DNA of 63,464 bases, counting the filler, from Cercozoa sp. M6MM (lineage: Eukaryota > Protista > Endomyxa: Ascetosporea), in assembly GCA_040357565.1 (NCBI GenBank). It is 13 parts of 13 records of this genome, joined end to end, with 100 filler letters (N's around TTAATTAATTAA, not from the genome) between each part and the next. Parts side by side here need not be neighbours in the genome. Positions count along the whole stretch, not along the records: positions 1 to 3,509 come from JBDODJ010001423.1; positions 3,610 to 6,225 come from JBDODJ010001732.1; positions 6,326 to 10,094 come from JBDODJ010001320.1; 10 more parts are not named here. One strand, given 5' to 3'. Positions 1 through 9,622 of the stretch are shown here, piece after piece. Each line of letters begins with the position of its first letter. Positions within the stretch are counted from its first letter, which is position 1. Under the pieces are notes generated by a model. That model worked only from the letters and a program-made list of their open reading frames with translations. It was not told the origin of the DNA and did not search any database. Made by a program: the position numbers and the translations under genes.

Positions 1-27
1 GGGGGGGGGGTAAGAGGACAGTCACAC

Positions 28-3003
28 CGTGTCCGCGCGGAAGACCAGGTGCACTTTCTGCGTGTTGCGCGGCGTCAGTACGCGCAGCTGCATGCTAAAC
101 CAAGGGGGGTAAAGGGGGGTAGGGGGTGGGGGGTAAAAGCAATACCGTCTCAGCGCGGCCGAGAACTGCGCGACCTGCGACTTCTCGCCATGCACCTGTA
201 TGTGGTCACTTTGATCGCCCAGGTGGTCACTTTGATCGCTATTGATCGCTATTGATCGATCAGCGAAAGGTACCAAAACCACACGTGATGGCTGCAACTG
301 TCGAATGAAGCTCGACGACTCCCTGCGGCACAGGAGTCAGCTTCTTTACCCCCCCTCCCCATCATCCCCATTTATACCCTGTCCCCCTCGTCTACGGGTA
401 CCTAAATGGGTATAAATGGGTACCTAAAGTCGGCGTGCGCGGCAAAGGTGACGAAGTGCACCGGCATTCGCAGCGGCAGTCGCGCGCCCGTCTTGGCCGA
501 CTCGACGGCGTCCAGGTGACCGCCCTTGAGTGTCTTGGCCAGCGTGCCCTCCACGCAGTAGCCTGTACAAGCAACACACTTGTTCGTACAGACACTGGGT
601 GGTACACATGGACCGTCCACACTGAGGTACTGGGAGGTACGGCCCCCGGTATGTACTGTACCCGGAATAATGCACGCATTGCGTCTGTCGCCGCACCAGC
701 GTTCGAACAGTCGTCTGCGCATACCCGTCTGTTTAGCCCCTACCCCCTACCACCTTACCTCCCAGCCTACCTAGAGAGACCGCTCTGCAGCATGCCGGGC
801 GTCGCAAAAACCACGCACGCTTCGCCTTGGTTCTCCAGCGTCGACGCTCTGCACAAAGGTAGGGGGTAAGAGGGGGGGGGGGGTAGGAAGAGGGTAAAGA
901 GGGGGTAGGAAGAGGGTAAATAGGGGGTAGGAAGAGAGTAGAACGCACGTGGACGACGCGCGGCCGCCGAGATTGCGAATGAAGCGAAAGTTGAACGGAT
1001 TCGTCGTCTGCGCCTGCGCCACCAGCGACGCGTTCATCGTGTGGACGTAGCTATCAGAGAACGACCACTCAAAATGACCACTCAAAATGACCACTCAAAA
1101 TGACCACTCAATATAATCGATCATAGACCACTGACTGACCGATCATGATCGATCACTACACAGAGGTACCGTCGGTAGACGTCCAGCGCGCGATTCGCCA
1201 GAGCCGAGTAGTAAAAAATCGGCACCTGCTGCAGCGCCGGGTTGTCTCGCCAGTGTCTGGGGGTAGGGAGGGGTTAAGGGAGTGAAAGGGTTAAAGGGGT
1301 GGGAAGTTAATGGGGAGGGGGTTAAGGGGGTAGTAGTTAAGGGGACGGGGTTAGTTAAGAGTGCAACGAACTCCTCCAGCAGCAGCATGAGTTCCTGCGC
1401 GCGACCAGTCGCGAAGACCGGAATGAGACACTTGCCGCCGCGCTCGACCACATCGCTACAGTCAGGTGGTCACTTAGTCAGTCAGGTGGTCACTCAGTCA
1501 TGTGGTCACTCAGTCATGTGGTCACTCAGTCAGGTGGTCACTTCGTCCAGTCAGACACCAGTGTGTATGTGGGTGTACCTCACGTATCGCAAAAACCGCC
1601 GCTCTCGCTCTGCCGCCGGTTCGAGCGACATCACGCCGAATGTACTCTGTCCGGAAAGAGGTAAAGGGGGTACAGGAGAGAGGTGGGAGTAAGGGGGGGG
1701 GGGGTAAAGGGGCAGAAGCGAGGCACCTCCGAGATCAACACGTCGGGACGCTCGGGCGGAATTTCGGCAGCTGCCAAGTGCTGCCAAAAGAACAAACACA
1801 CTCAGACCTGACTGACGATTTCAGCAGATCAGTGATCGCATGGGTGACCATCCTAGTGATCATATCACATGGGAAACCTTTGTTGTACCCGATCAGCGTG
1901 ACAACTGTAGTCTCCCGTGTAGAGGATCTTCCTGTGGGGTATGCGATAGAGGGAGGGGTGGGCGGAGGGGGGTTAAAACAAAGGTACACGCCGCCGATCT
2001 CAATGAAGAACATGGCGGCACCAAGCACGTGTCCTACCATCACAGGGAGTATAGGGGTAGAGGGAAGTAGGGGGTTAAGCGCACCAGCAAAGAAGGACTG
2101 AAATTTGACGCCTGCCACCGGTCGCACTGTCTGGTGAAAGTCCACCGCACTGGAGGGGTAGGGGGTAAGGTAGGGGTAAATGAGGTAGGGGGGTAAAGCC
2201 TCAAGCGTACGTGACACGCTTCAAACACGCGTTCAGTTCAGCCTCGGTGAAGAGTGCCTTGTTGCCTATCGCAGTACATACACATATATATATATACATA
2301 TATACATATATATATATATATATCTATATATATATTATATCTGTATATACAGACAAGTCTGCCCATGCCCCAACAAGTCTGTGTACCAGAGACACGCAAG
2401 TAGTCCAGCATGAGCAGTCGGAACACACTCTTGGTGGCGTGTGTCATGTAGACCTTGCCGCGGAAGCGACCCTTGTTGCGTGCCAGAAAGTACGGCAGTG
2501 CCGCCGCGTGATCGATGTGAAAGTGCGTGATCAGAATCGCGTCCAACGAAGTTCTACACAGAAAGGGCAAATACTAAACAGGGCAGTCAATAGGAGAGGG
2601 GGTAAACAGGGGGCAAACAGGGCGTGATTGAGAAGAAAGCAGCTACGGATCAATGACATCGAAGAAGGGCAGCGCTGCCATGCCCGACAGACCTGCCGAT
2701 CAGGTTAAACTCAAGTTCAACTGCCTAGGGTACTACCAACTCAGTGTACCTGGATGCAGACCGCAGTCTAACATAATATGCCGTCGCCGAAATTTGAGCA
2801 GGATGCAGGAGCGGCCCACCTGTGTTAACCCAGAAACGTACAAAAAAGAAAAACACGCCAGTCAAAACTGGGGCTTAGCCGGGTCCTACCTCCTGTCCAG
2901 CGCCAATTGGCATGATTTCCAGCACATCTGCGTCTTCGTTCAGCTCGCTTTGTGCGCGCTTTGTGCCCTGCAAATCGCGCAACACAATGTCTTGTTTTTC
3001 CAT
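28..3003 (-). CDS. CPSF3: Cleavage and polyadenylation specificity factor 73-kDa endonuclease (MBL/beta-CASP); 19 exons visible, 3'-partial
   Basis: Hand-spliced GT-AG model from ATG 3003: [102 protein letters not shown] and GQEVG favour CPSF3 over INTS11. Confidence 0.95.
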
Positions 3004-3268
3004 CGCCGGCCAAATACAAAAAAAAAGGATTTTTATTGATGCAAATCGCTTACGGCCTGTGCTTCTTCCGGCGCTACCGCGCGCACCTCGACATCCGGGT
3101 GCCGATTCCACACGTTCAGTGGCATCCGTGTCTCTACTGACGCCTCAGAACGAGCAGACTTGGAGTTTTTTGTTTTGTCTGACCAGAAATAAAGAACCAA
3201 CGCTCTTCTGTGTGTGACCTGAGGGGCTGTATTCTAGCGTAATCAAGCGAGTGCAACTACAAACTGTA

Positions 3269-3487
3269 TTAGTTCTTGCGCTTCTTGCGTTTCCTAACCG
3301 TCTTTTGAGTTTTCTTGGGGAGCGCGAGCTTGGGTTGTTTGCGTTTGCGCGCCTCCTGTCAACAGAAGTGAGAGGGAGCGAGACAGTGGACAGAGAGACG
3401 GTGTGGTACCTCCGATGCCAGCTTGGACCAGTCGCAGCTCTTGGCGGGACTCAGTTCCGTGGCCAGACGTGCCAACTGAGACATGCG
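3269..3487 (-). CDS. 3' end of an unidentified gene with a Lys/Arg-rich tail
   Basis: Two exons (..QLARLATELSPAKSCDWSKLASE | EARKRKQPKLALPKKTQKTVRKRKKRKN*) joined by a GT-AG intron; truncated by the linker. Confidence 0.45.
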
Positions 3488-3509
3488 ATAGTCAGGAGGG
3501 ATAGGAGAG

Positions 3510-3609
3510 NNNNNNNNNNNNNNNNNNNNNNNNNNNNNNNNNNNNNNNNNNNNTTAATTAATTAANNNNNNNNNNNNNNNNNNNNNNNNNNNNNNNNNNN
3601 NNNNNNNNN
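3510..3609. other. Artificial contig linker N44-TTAATTAATTAA-N44 (also at 6226, 10095, 13567, 19506, 28923, 31452, 39453, 43466, 45821, 48287, 50961)
   Basis: Identical 100-nt block with stops in all six frames occurs 12 times; flanks usually end in homopolymers or microsatellites. Confidence 0.98.
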
Positions 3610-3647
<38 letters not shown>

Positions 3648-4295
3648 CGGCCGGGGGTTCAAGGGGTGGAGGGGGTTAAAGGGGTGGAGGGGGGTTAAAC
3701 TCGGCACCGCCTTGGTGTAGTAGCCGGAGAGTCCACATGTGTCGCACCGATACACGCACACACGTACGTGCAGTCGCAGCACATGCTGCAGCACACTGTA
3801 CGACCTGTCCGACTGCACACACGCACACACACAGGCACCAGACAGACCCCTTGTCCCCTCGACTCAACAGTAGGACGGTCCTAACTGGACGACAAACTGT
3901 ACCTCGCCACAGATATAGCATTCGTCCGTCATGCTTCAGGGATCAAGTACACATTAAGCAGCGAAACACACAGGTTAGTTTAAAATAAACCTATTAAAGT
4001 GCCTCTGCGTGCCCAGCAGCGTGTAGTTCTTGTCTCTCTGATACTGCAGTACTTTATTTTTAAACGTAAATCCTGACAGGATTGAGATTAAGGAGTGCCG
4101 GATTGTGCTAACACTACGTAGGTACTACGCCCAGTAGTTACCATCGACCGAGACCGAACTAAATAACCTGTGCTTGCAGTCTCCAAGTTACGGAAGCGGC
4201 GTCAAAGTCGGAACCGTGTCGCGACCGTTGGTCCACTACACATGATAACTATCTTACGTAGATACAGCAGAAAATCGCTATCGTACCGAGGTGAG

Positions 4296-4896
4296 CTATT
4301 TGCTGACAATGCGACGCACCGACTCCAGCTGCGCTTCCAACTCCTGCATCTGGTCCTCGAGCTCCAGCGTCAGGTCCTCTCGGTCCTGCACCTGGCGCTC
4401 TAGCTCCTGCACCTGGTTGTCTCGCTCCCGCAGTTCGTTCTCGAGAAAAGAAATCCTGGCATCGCGAAGAGCGATTTCGTCGATACAAACGTCGAGCTGT
4501 GCCTTGTAGTTGGCGGTTTCTTCGTACCCAGCCTTGTACATCTGGTAGTACGACTGGTACATCTCCCCGCGAAAGGCCTCTTCGACCCACAGGACTTCGT
4601 ACAGGAATTCTAGGATGCGCTCGCGCTCGCCTAAGTTAACGCGACGGTCGTGTTCCCATTTCTGGGACGCGAATCCCGGTTCCTGTGCGAAAAAATGTAG
4701 GATACCGAGAAACTAAGAAAATGAACGGGTTTCCTACCGGCCTGAGGTGGTCGGACAGCAGCTGGAGCACGTGCGTTCGGCTGAAGCGTCCTTCGAGGTA
4801 CGGATACTGACGCTCCATGTCCTTTCGGTACTGTTCGACCATTAGTGTCATCGGGACGGGGTCAATCAAGTCCACGGGGCAGGCTTGGCAGTACAT
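4296..4896 (-). CDS. Hypothetical two-exon protein with C-terminal coiled coil
   Basis: ORF 4636..4896 splices (gtagga...cacag) in frame into EPGFASQKWEHDRR...MYQSYYQ...ELERQVQDREDLTLELEDQMQELEAQLE; heptad-like E/Q/L pattern. Confidence 0.65.
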
Positions 4897-5172
4897 TTTC
4901 CAGTGTTTCAGTCTGCTTTCACATCACGCGGATTCACAACTGCTGCAACCAAAAGCCCCCAATCAGCTACCTGATTTGCTTAAACCTAAGCTAGCACTAG
5001 CTTAACGAAAGCCTCCTGATTCGCTCAAAGCAAAGAATGGCGCTTTTGTGAATCTGAATGATCGCTGATCGCGATCGAGGTTTGTTTGGTTCCGTTTGAT
5101 GCGCTTGGTCTTTTGTAGTGTATCTCTCGCTTATTCATTGCTCGACTTTAAGTGACACCGCATGTGTCGAGT

Positions 5173-6171
5173 TTAAACCTCAATCACAGTGCGCGCAGCT
5201 CGGGTGACTCCAGCATGCGCTGCACGGTCTCGCGCGTGCGTCGCCAGAAACGCGCGCTGATCTGCGACGGAGTCGGCGCGTCTGCACAAACAATTGCTTA
5301 TACAACTTGATACATATGTATATATATATATATCATATGTAGATAGGTTAAACATGAAAGAACCGCGCGACTTGGCGCTGTCCGTGTCCAGTTCGTCGTC
5401 CAACTCTTCGTCCAGATCGCCCAGATCGTAGTCATCGTCGAACTGTTCATCATCGTCGAGCGTTTCTTGCGTGCGCGAGCGTTCCCAGCCAAGGTAGTCC
5501 GCCATGAGTCCCTCGGCCTCCTCATTCGGTTTGTACTGCACATACACACAACAGTATGCACTGGCTACCGGGTCCTAACTGGTCCAACTGGACGGGAGGT
5601 CGGACTGGGTCCGCGCGGATCGGGGGCAAAACGCACGTGCGGGTGTCGCGTGCGGCCGATGCGCTGCAGCGCCAGATGATTCAGCGCCGGCGTCCACTGC
5701 TGCGGAATGAACCTGCTCAAGCACCCTTAAGTAACGAATACCGCAGCCTTAGTTAATACACAGTGCAGCCTTAATCACAGTGTAGCCTTAAGTTATATAC
5801 GCTGCTGCCTTAACTAATATACACAGGTACCGTTCGGAGCGCCGAATGTAGACGTCGTGGTTCTCGCTGAAGTCGGCGTCGGCTTCGGGCTGCCGGGGGG
5901 TAAAGAGGTTAGTAGGGGGGTAAACGAGGATAAGCGGGGGGGGGGGTAAAAGGGGGGCGGGGGGGGGGGGGGGAAAACAGGGAGGTAAAGACACCAAAAG
6001 CTCGCTCTTGTCGACCGTTTCCTTCATTCGGCGCACCTTTTTCTGCCGGTCAGAATCACTCAGAGAATCATCAACGCAGCCTTAAGCAAAAACAAGCAGA
6101 CAACTGTGTACCCTCAGTGCCGGCATGATACCGTCGGCGTGCTTCTGCTGCGCGCGACTTCTGCGACCCAT
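5173..6171 (-). CDS. Hypothetical multi-exon protein with acidic C-terminal tract
   Basis: Exons VRRMKETVDKSELL, PEADADFSENHDVYIRRSER|FIPQQWTPALNHLALQRIG, YKPNEEAEGLMADYLGWE...DDDEQFDDDYDLGDLDEEL joined by GT-AG introns. Confidence 0.55.
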
Positions 6172-6530
6172 GGGGGAGGTAAACATGGGGGTAAACAAGA
6201 GGTAAACATGGGGGTAAACAGGGTGNNNNNNNNNNNNNNNNNNNNNNNNNNNNNNNNNNNNNNNNNNNNTTAATTAATTAANNNNNNNNNNNNNNNNNNN
6301 NNNNNNNNNNNNNNNNNNNNNNNNNCAAGTTGCCCGACACTTTTAAAACGGCCTCTGTTTTTTTTCGAGTTTTGATTTTTCTATGGGGCACAAAAAGTGT
6401 CGGGCAACTTGCAAGGCCGCTCCCTTTGCCAAAGGGCAAGTCCCTGCAAGTTGCCCGACACTTCTAAAACGGCCTCTGTTTTTTTCACGGTGTTTTGCTG
6501 TTTTATAGGGAGGGCAAGTGGCCCGGCAAC

Positions 6531-6820
6531 AAATGCAACTTTCCCAGGCAAAGTCCCAGTAAACTCCCTTTAACTGAACACACGTTTCCCTTTGTGATTT
6601 TTCCTTGGCCGAGAATTTCCACCTTGGGAGGTGTCCAACAAAAAATGCAACTTTCCCAGGCAAAGTCCCAGTAAACTCCCTTTAACTGGACACATGTTTC
6701 CCTTTGTGATTTTCCCTTGGCCAAGAATTTCCACCCTGGGAAGTGTGCAACAAAAAATGCAGAGTTTCCCAGCAAAGTCCCAGTAAACTCCCTTTAATTG
6801 AACAGTCATTTCCCTTTAAC
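6531..6820. repeat. About 113-bp tandem repeat (roughly 2.5 copies) upstream of 5S; diverged copies at about 7424-7680
   Basis: Unit aaatgcaactttcccaggcaaagtcccagtaaactccctttaactg...ccacc(t/c)tggga starts at about 6531, 6643 and 6755. Confidence 0.85.
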
Positions 6821-6888
6821 CTTGCAACGGTCCTGTGCAGGCTAGGCGAGGCGAGGGGGCTAGTCAAAGTGCCACAACCTAGGCAAGT

Positions 6889-7008
6889 GTATCGGACCAT
6901 ATCACAGAGAACACACCGGATCCCATTCCGAATTCCGAAGTTAAGCTCTGTTGAGCCCGCTTAGTACTAGGGTGGGGGACCACCTGGGAATCGCGTGGTG
7001 TTCGATGC
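6889..7008 (+). rRNA. 5S rRNA
   Basis: CCATATC...ACACCGGATCCCATTCCGAATTCCGAAGTTAAGC...TTAGTACTAGGGTGGGGGACCACCTGGGAA; 5'/3' ends pair; T-rich terminator follows. Confidence 0.93.
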
Positions 7009-7291
7009 GCCTTCTTTGCTTTGTTTTTGCCCTAGGCTGTTCCGAGCAATTGCTATGCAACCTGGTATGTCCCAAATGTATTATTGGCGATACCAGNNNN
7101 NNNNNNNNNNNNNNNNNNNNNNNNNNNNNNNNNNNNNNNNNNNNNNNNNNNNNNNNNNNNNNNNNNNNNNNNNNNNNNNNNNNNNNNNNNNNNNNNCGCC
7201 TTCTTTGCTTTGTTTTTGCCCTAGGCTGTTCCCGAGCAATTGCTATGCAACCTGCTATGTCCCAAATGTATTATTGGCGATACCAGTGCAA

Positions 7292-7363
7292 TCCGGGTTG
7301 GTGTAGTTGGTAACATCCCTGCCTGTCACGCAGGAGCCCGGGGTTCAATTCCCCGGCCTGGAG
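7292..7363 (+). tRNA. trnD-GUC: tRNA-Asp(GTC)
   Basis: Cloverleaf; anticodon arm CCTGC-CTGTCAC-GCAGG; T9 terminator. Confidence 0.95.
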
Positions 7364-7703
7364 CTTTTTTTTTGGTTTTTGCCTTTTGCACTTTTGCTGT
7401 GCAGCCTGCCAGTCTCGCAACAGAAATGCAAAGTGTCCCAGTAAACTCCCAGTAAACTCCCTTTAATTGCACACTCGTTTCCCTTTGAATTTTTCCCCTT
7501 GGAAAAGTCAATCAAAAATTTACCCCCCAGGCTTGTCCCAGCAAAACAAACACTCGTTTCCCAGCAAAGTCCCACTAAGTTCCCTTTAGTGGAACACACG
7601 TTTCCCTTTAGGTTTTCCCTTGGCGATTCACCAAAAAAATTTGCCCTGGAAAGTCCCAACAGAAATGCAAAGTGTCCCAGTGAAGTCCCTGGTAAGTCCC
7701 AGT

Positions 7704-7892
7704 GAAGTCCCTTTGACTTCCCCAGTAAGTTCCTTACACTTCGCAGTAAAGTCCCTTTGACTTCCCCGATAGCCCCCCAGCAAAGTCCCTTTGACTTCCC
7801 AGCAAAGTGCCTTTGACTTCCCAGCAAAGTCCCTTTGACTTCCCAGTAAAGTCCCTTTGACTTCCCAGCAAAAGTCCCTTTGACTTCCCACT
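7704..7892. repeat. About 22-bp tandem repeat AAAGTCCCTTTGACTTCCCAG(C/T), 7 copies
   Basis: Read directly at about 7704, 7748, 7782, 7804, 7826, 7848 and 7871. Confidence 0.9.
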
Positions 7893-7946
7893 GACTGGCC
7901 CAACTAGAGTGTATGAGGTGCCATCGATGGACACAGTAAGCACTGT

Positions 7947-8028
7947 GTCAGCATGGCCGAGTGGTTAAGGCGTGTGATTCGAAATCACATGGGCATCGCC
8001 CTCGTCAGTTCGAATCTGGCTGCTGACG
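7947..8028 (+). tRNA. trnS-CGA: tRNA-Ser(CGA)
   Basis: Long variable arm; TGTGA-TTCGAAA-TCACA; G73. Confidence 0.95.
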
Positions 8029-8122
8029 CTCTTTTTGCTGCGAAGCAGATTTGCAGGTCTTTTGGGTCGCTGCCCATGCACTGTGTGGGATGCATGCATG
8101 CAATGAGGTGCTGTAGACTGCA

Positions 8123-8195
8123 TCCCCGTTAGTCTAGTTGGTTAGGATATTCGGCTTTCACCCGAAAGACCCGGGTTCAAATCCCGGGCGGGGAA
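8123..8195 (+). tRNA. trnE-UUC: tRNA-Glu(TTC)
   Basis: TTCGG-CTTTCAC-CCGAA; T-run terminator. Confidence 0.95.
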
Positions 8196-8273
8196 CTTTT
8201 TGCCCTTGTTTTACCTGCGCTTTGCCTGGGCTTTGCCTGTGTCACACAGCCAAGGCAAAATGAAAAAAAAAAG

Positions 8274-8345
8274 TGCCCCCGCCGGGATTCGAGCCCGGGT
8301 TGCTACGGCCACAACGTAGAGTCCTAACCACTAGACTACGGGAGC
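8274..8345 (-). tRNA. trnH-GUG: tRNA-His(GTG)
   Basis: CTACG-TTGTGGC-CGTAG; A73 and no encoded G-1 (eukaryotic type). Confidence 0.95.
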
Positions 8346-8465
8346 TGTATGAGCTACCAAGCCAGTGGCAGGGTGTGTCTCTGGTCAGCTGGGGTCGGGG
8401 CCTGCAATCGGAGCAGCCCAGCCCTGACATGGCCAGCAATAGTATCCCAGGTCAAGACAACGTAA

Positions 8466-8537
8466 AGCGATTTGGCGCAGCGGAAGCGTGTTGGGCTCAT
8501 AACCCAAAGGTCCGAGGATCGAAACCTCGAATCGCTA
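8466..8537 (+). tRNA. trniM-CAU: Initiator tRNA-Met(CAT)
   Basis: A1:T72, three G:C pairs in the anticodon stem, ATCGAAA T-loop (A54/A60). Confidence 0.95.
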
Positions 8538-8555
8538 CTTTTTGGCCAAAACGAA

Positions 8556-8627
8556 AGCCGACGGCGAGGATCGAACTCGCGACCTTCTGCTTACAAGGCA
8601 GATGCACTACCACTATGCTACGCCGGC
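8556..8627 (-). tRNA. trnT-UGU: tRNA-Thr(TGT)
   Basis: TCTGC-CTTGTAA-GCAGA; G1C2 acceptor stem. Confidence 0.93.
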
Positions 8628-8703
8628 GTACTGGTTGCCCAGGCAAGAGGCCTGGCCCAGGCAACAGGCCAAGGCCAAGGCAGGCCCAAAAAAGCAAGGG
8701 GTG

Positions 8704-8785
8704 TGAACGGAGCGAGATTCGAACTCGCGCCTCCGTGGAGACTGGTGCCTAAAACCAGCGCCTTAGACCGCTCGGCCATCCGTCC
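8704..8785 (-). tRNA. trnL-UAG: tRNA-Leu(TAG)
   Basis: CTGGT-TTTAGGC-ACCAG; long variable arm; A73. Confidence 0.95.
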
Positions 8786-8850
8786 AGCCTTCTATCGTAT
8801 GCCGTATGCCGTATGCCGTGGGCTACTGTAGCGCCAAGTGCTCATTGCTG

Positions 8851-8923
8851 GCCTCTTTAGCTCAATTGGCAGAGCACGTCATTAGTAATGACGAGGTAGC
8901 GGGATCGAAACCCGCAAGAGGCT
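8851..8923 (+). tRNA. trnT-AGU: tRNA-Thr(AGT) with ATCGAAA T-loop
   Basis: CGTCA-TTAGTAA-TGACG; acceptor stem GCCTCTT/AAGAGGC. Confidence 0.92.
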
Positions 8924-9018
8924 CCTTTTTTTGCCTTACTTACTTACCCCCAGGCCCGCCTGACTTGGCCCCAGCCAGTATATAGTGCAGTTTGCTGACT
9001 TGCTCTCACAGAGTGATT

Positions 9019-9091
9019 GGGGGATTAGCTCAATCGGAAGAGTGCGTCGTTAGCAACGACGAGGCACCGGGATCGAAACCCGGATTCTCCA
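9019..9091 (+). tRNA. trnA-AGC: tRNA-Ala(AGC)
   Basis: G3:U70 identity pair; CGTCG-TTAGCAA-CGACG. Confidence 0.95.
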
Positions 9092-9232
9092 CTTTTTTTG
9101 CCCCGGGGGGCTAGGGGGGTCTCTCTGGGTGAGGAGGAAATCTAGCAAGGGAACTGCCTGCACTTTACCTGGGAAAAAGTGCACTCTGTGCACTACTGCC
9201 TGGGAAAGAGCCCAACACAAAAAGAGGGGGGA

Positions 9233-9305
9233 TGCTCGATGCGAGGATCGAACTCGCGACCGGTGGCTCATAAGACCACTGCGCTGCCGACTGCGCCAAT
9301 CGAGC
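9233..9305 (-). tRNA. trnI-UAU: tRNA-Ile(TAT), intronless
   Basis: GTGGT-CTTATGA-GCCAC; A73. Confidence 0.92.
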
Positions 9306-9319
9306 ACAAAATTTACAAG

Positions 9320-9392
9320 TGCCTTCTGCGAGGATCGAACTCGCGGCCTTGGGATTATGAGACCCACGCGCTGCCAACTGCGCCAAGAAGAC
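9320..9392 (-). tRNA. trnM-CAU: Elongator tRNA-Met(CAT)
   Basis: TGGGT-CTCATAA-TCCCA; G1:C72; standard TTCG T-loop. Confidence 0.93.
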
Positions 9393-9430
9393 TTGTGTCG
9401 TTGCTGTGCTTCAGACCGACAGACGTAGCA

Positions 9431-9502
9431 GGAGTCATAGCTCAGCGGTAGAGCGTGGGATTGCAAATCCTGCGGTCGCCGGTTCGATCCCGGCTGGCTC
9501 CT
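9431..9502 (+). tRNA. trnC-GCA: tRNA-Cys(GCA)
   Basis: TGGGA-TTGCAAA-TCCTG; U73. Confidence 0.95.
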
Positions 9503-9535
9503 CTTTTGCCTCCCAGGTGTCCACTGCCACACTCC

Positions 9536-9608
9536 GCCTCCATGGCCTAATGGATAAGGCACAAGCCTCCTAAGCTTGGGATTCCGAGTTCGAGTCTCGG
9601 TGGGGGTG
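9536..9608 (+). tRNA. trnR-CCU: tRNA-Arg(CCT)
   Basis: CAAGC-CTCCTAA-GCTTG; GGCCTAATGGATAAGGC D-arm. Confidence 0.95.
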
Positions 9609-9622
9609 TCTCTCAAGCCAAG

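Noticed and set aside
28-3003. Non-canonical splice sites
   Set aside because: Every junction I could anchor by protein conservation, here and in the other conserved genes, is GT-AG.
3554-3565. Recurrent TTAATTAATTAA as a biological repeat or recombination site
   Set aside because: Always centred in exactly 44+44 Ns; it is a synthetic six-frame-stop linker, so no synteny can be inferred across it.
7704-7892. CRISPR-like array of palindromic 22-mers
   Set aside because: Units are mostly directly adjacent with no unique equal-length spacers, there are no cas genes, and the context is eukaryotic.
8704-8785. Suppressor tRNA or altered genetic code
   Set aside because: Anticodon TAG reads CTA (Leu); none of the 16 tRNAs has a stop-reading anticodon. 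TAA, TAG and TGA all end genes here, and apparent in-frame stops in conserved genes resolve as introns.
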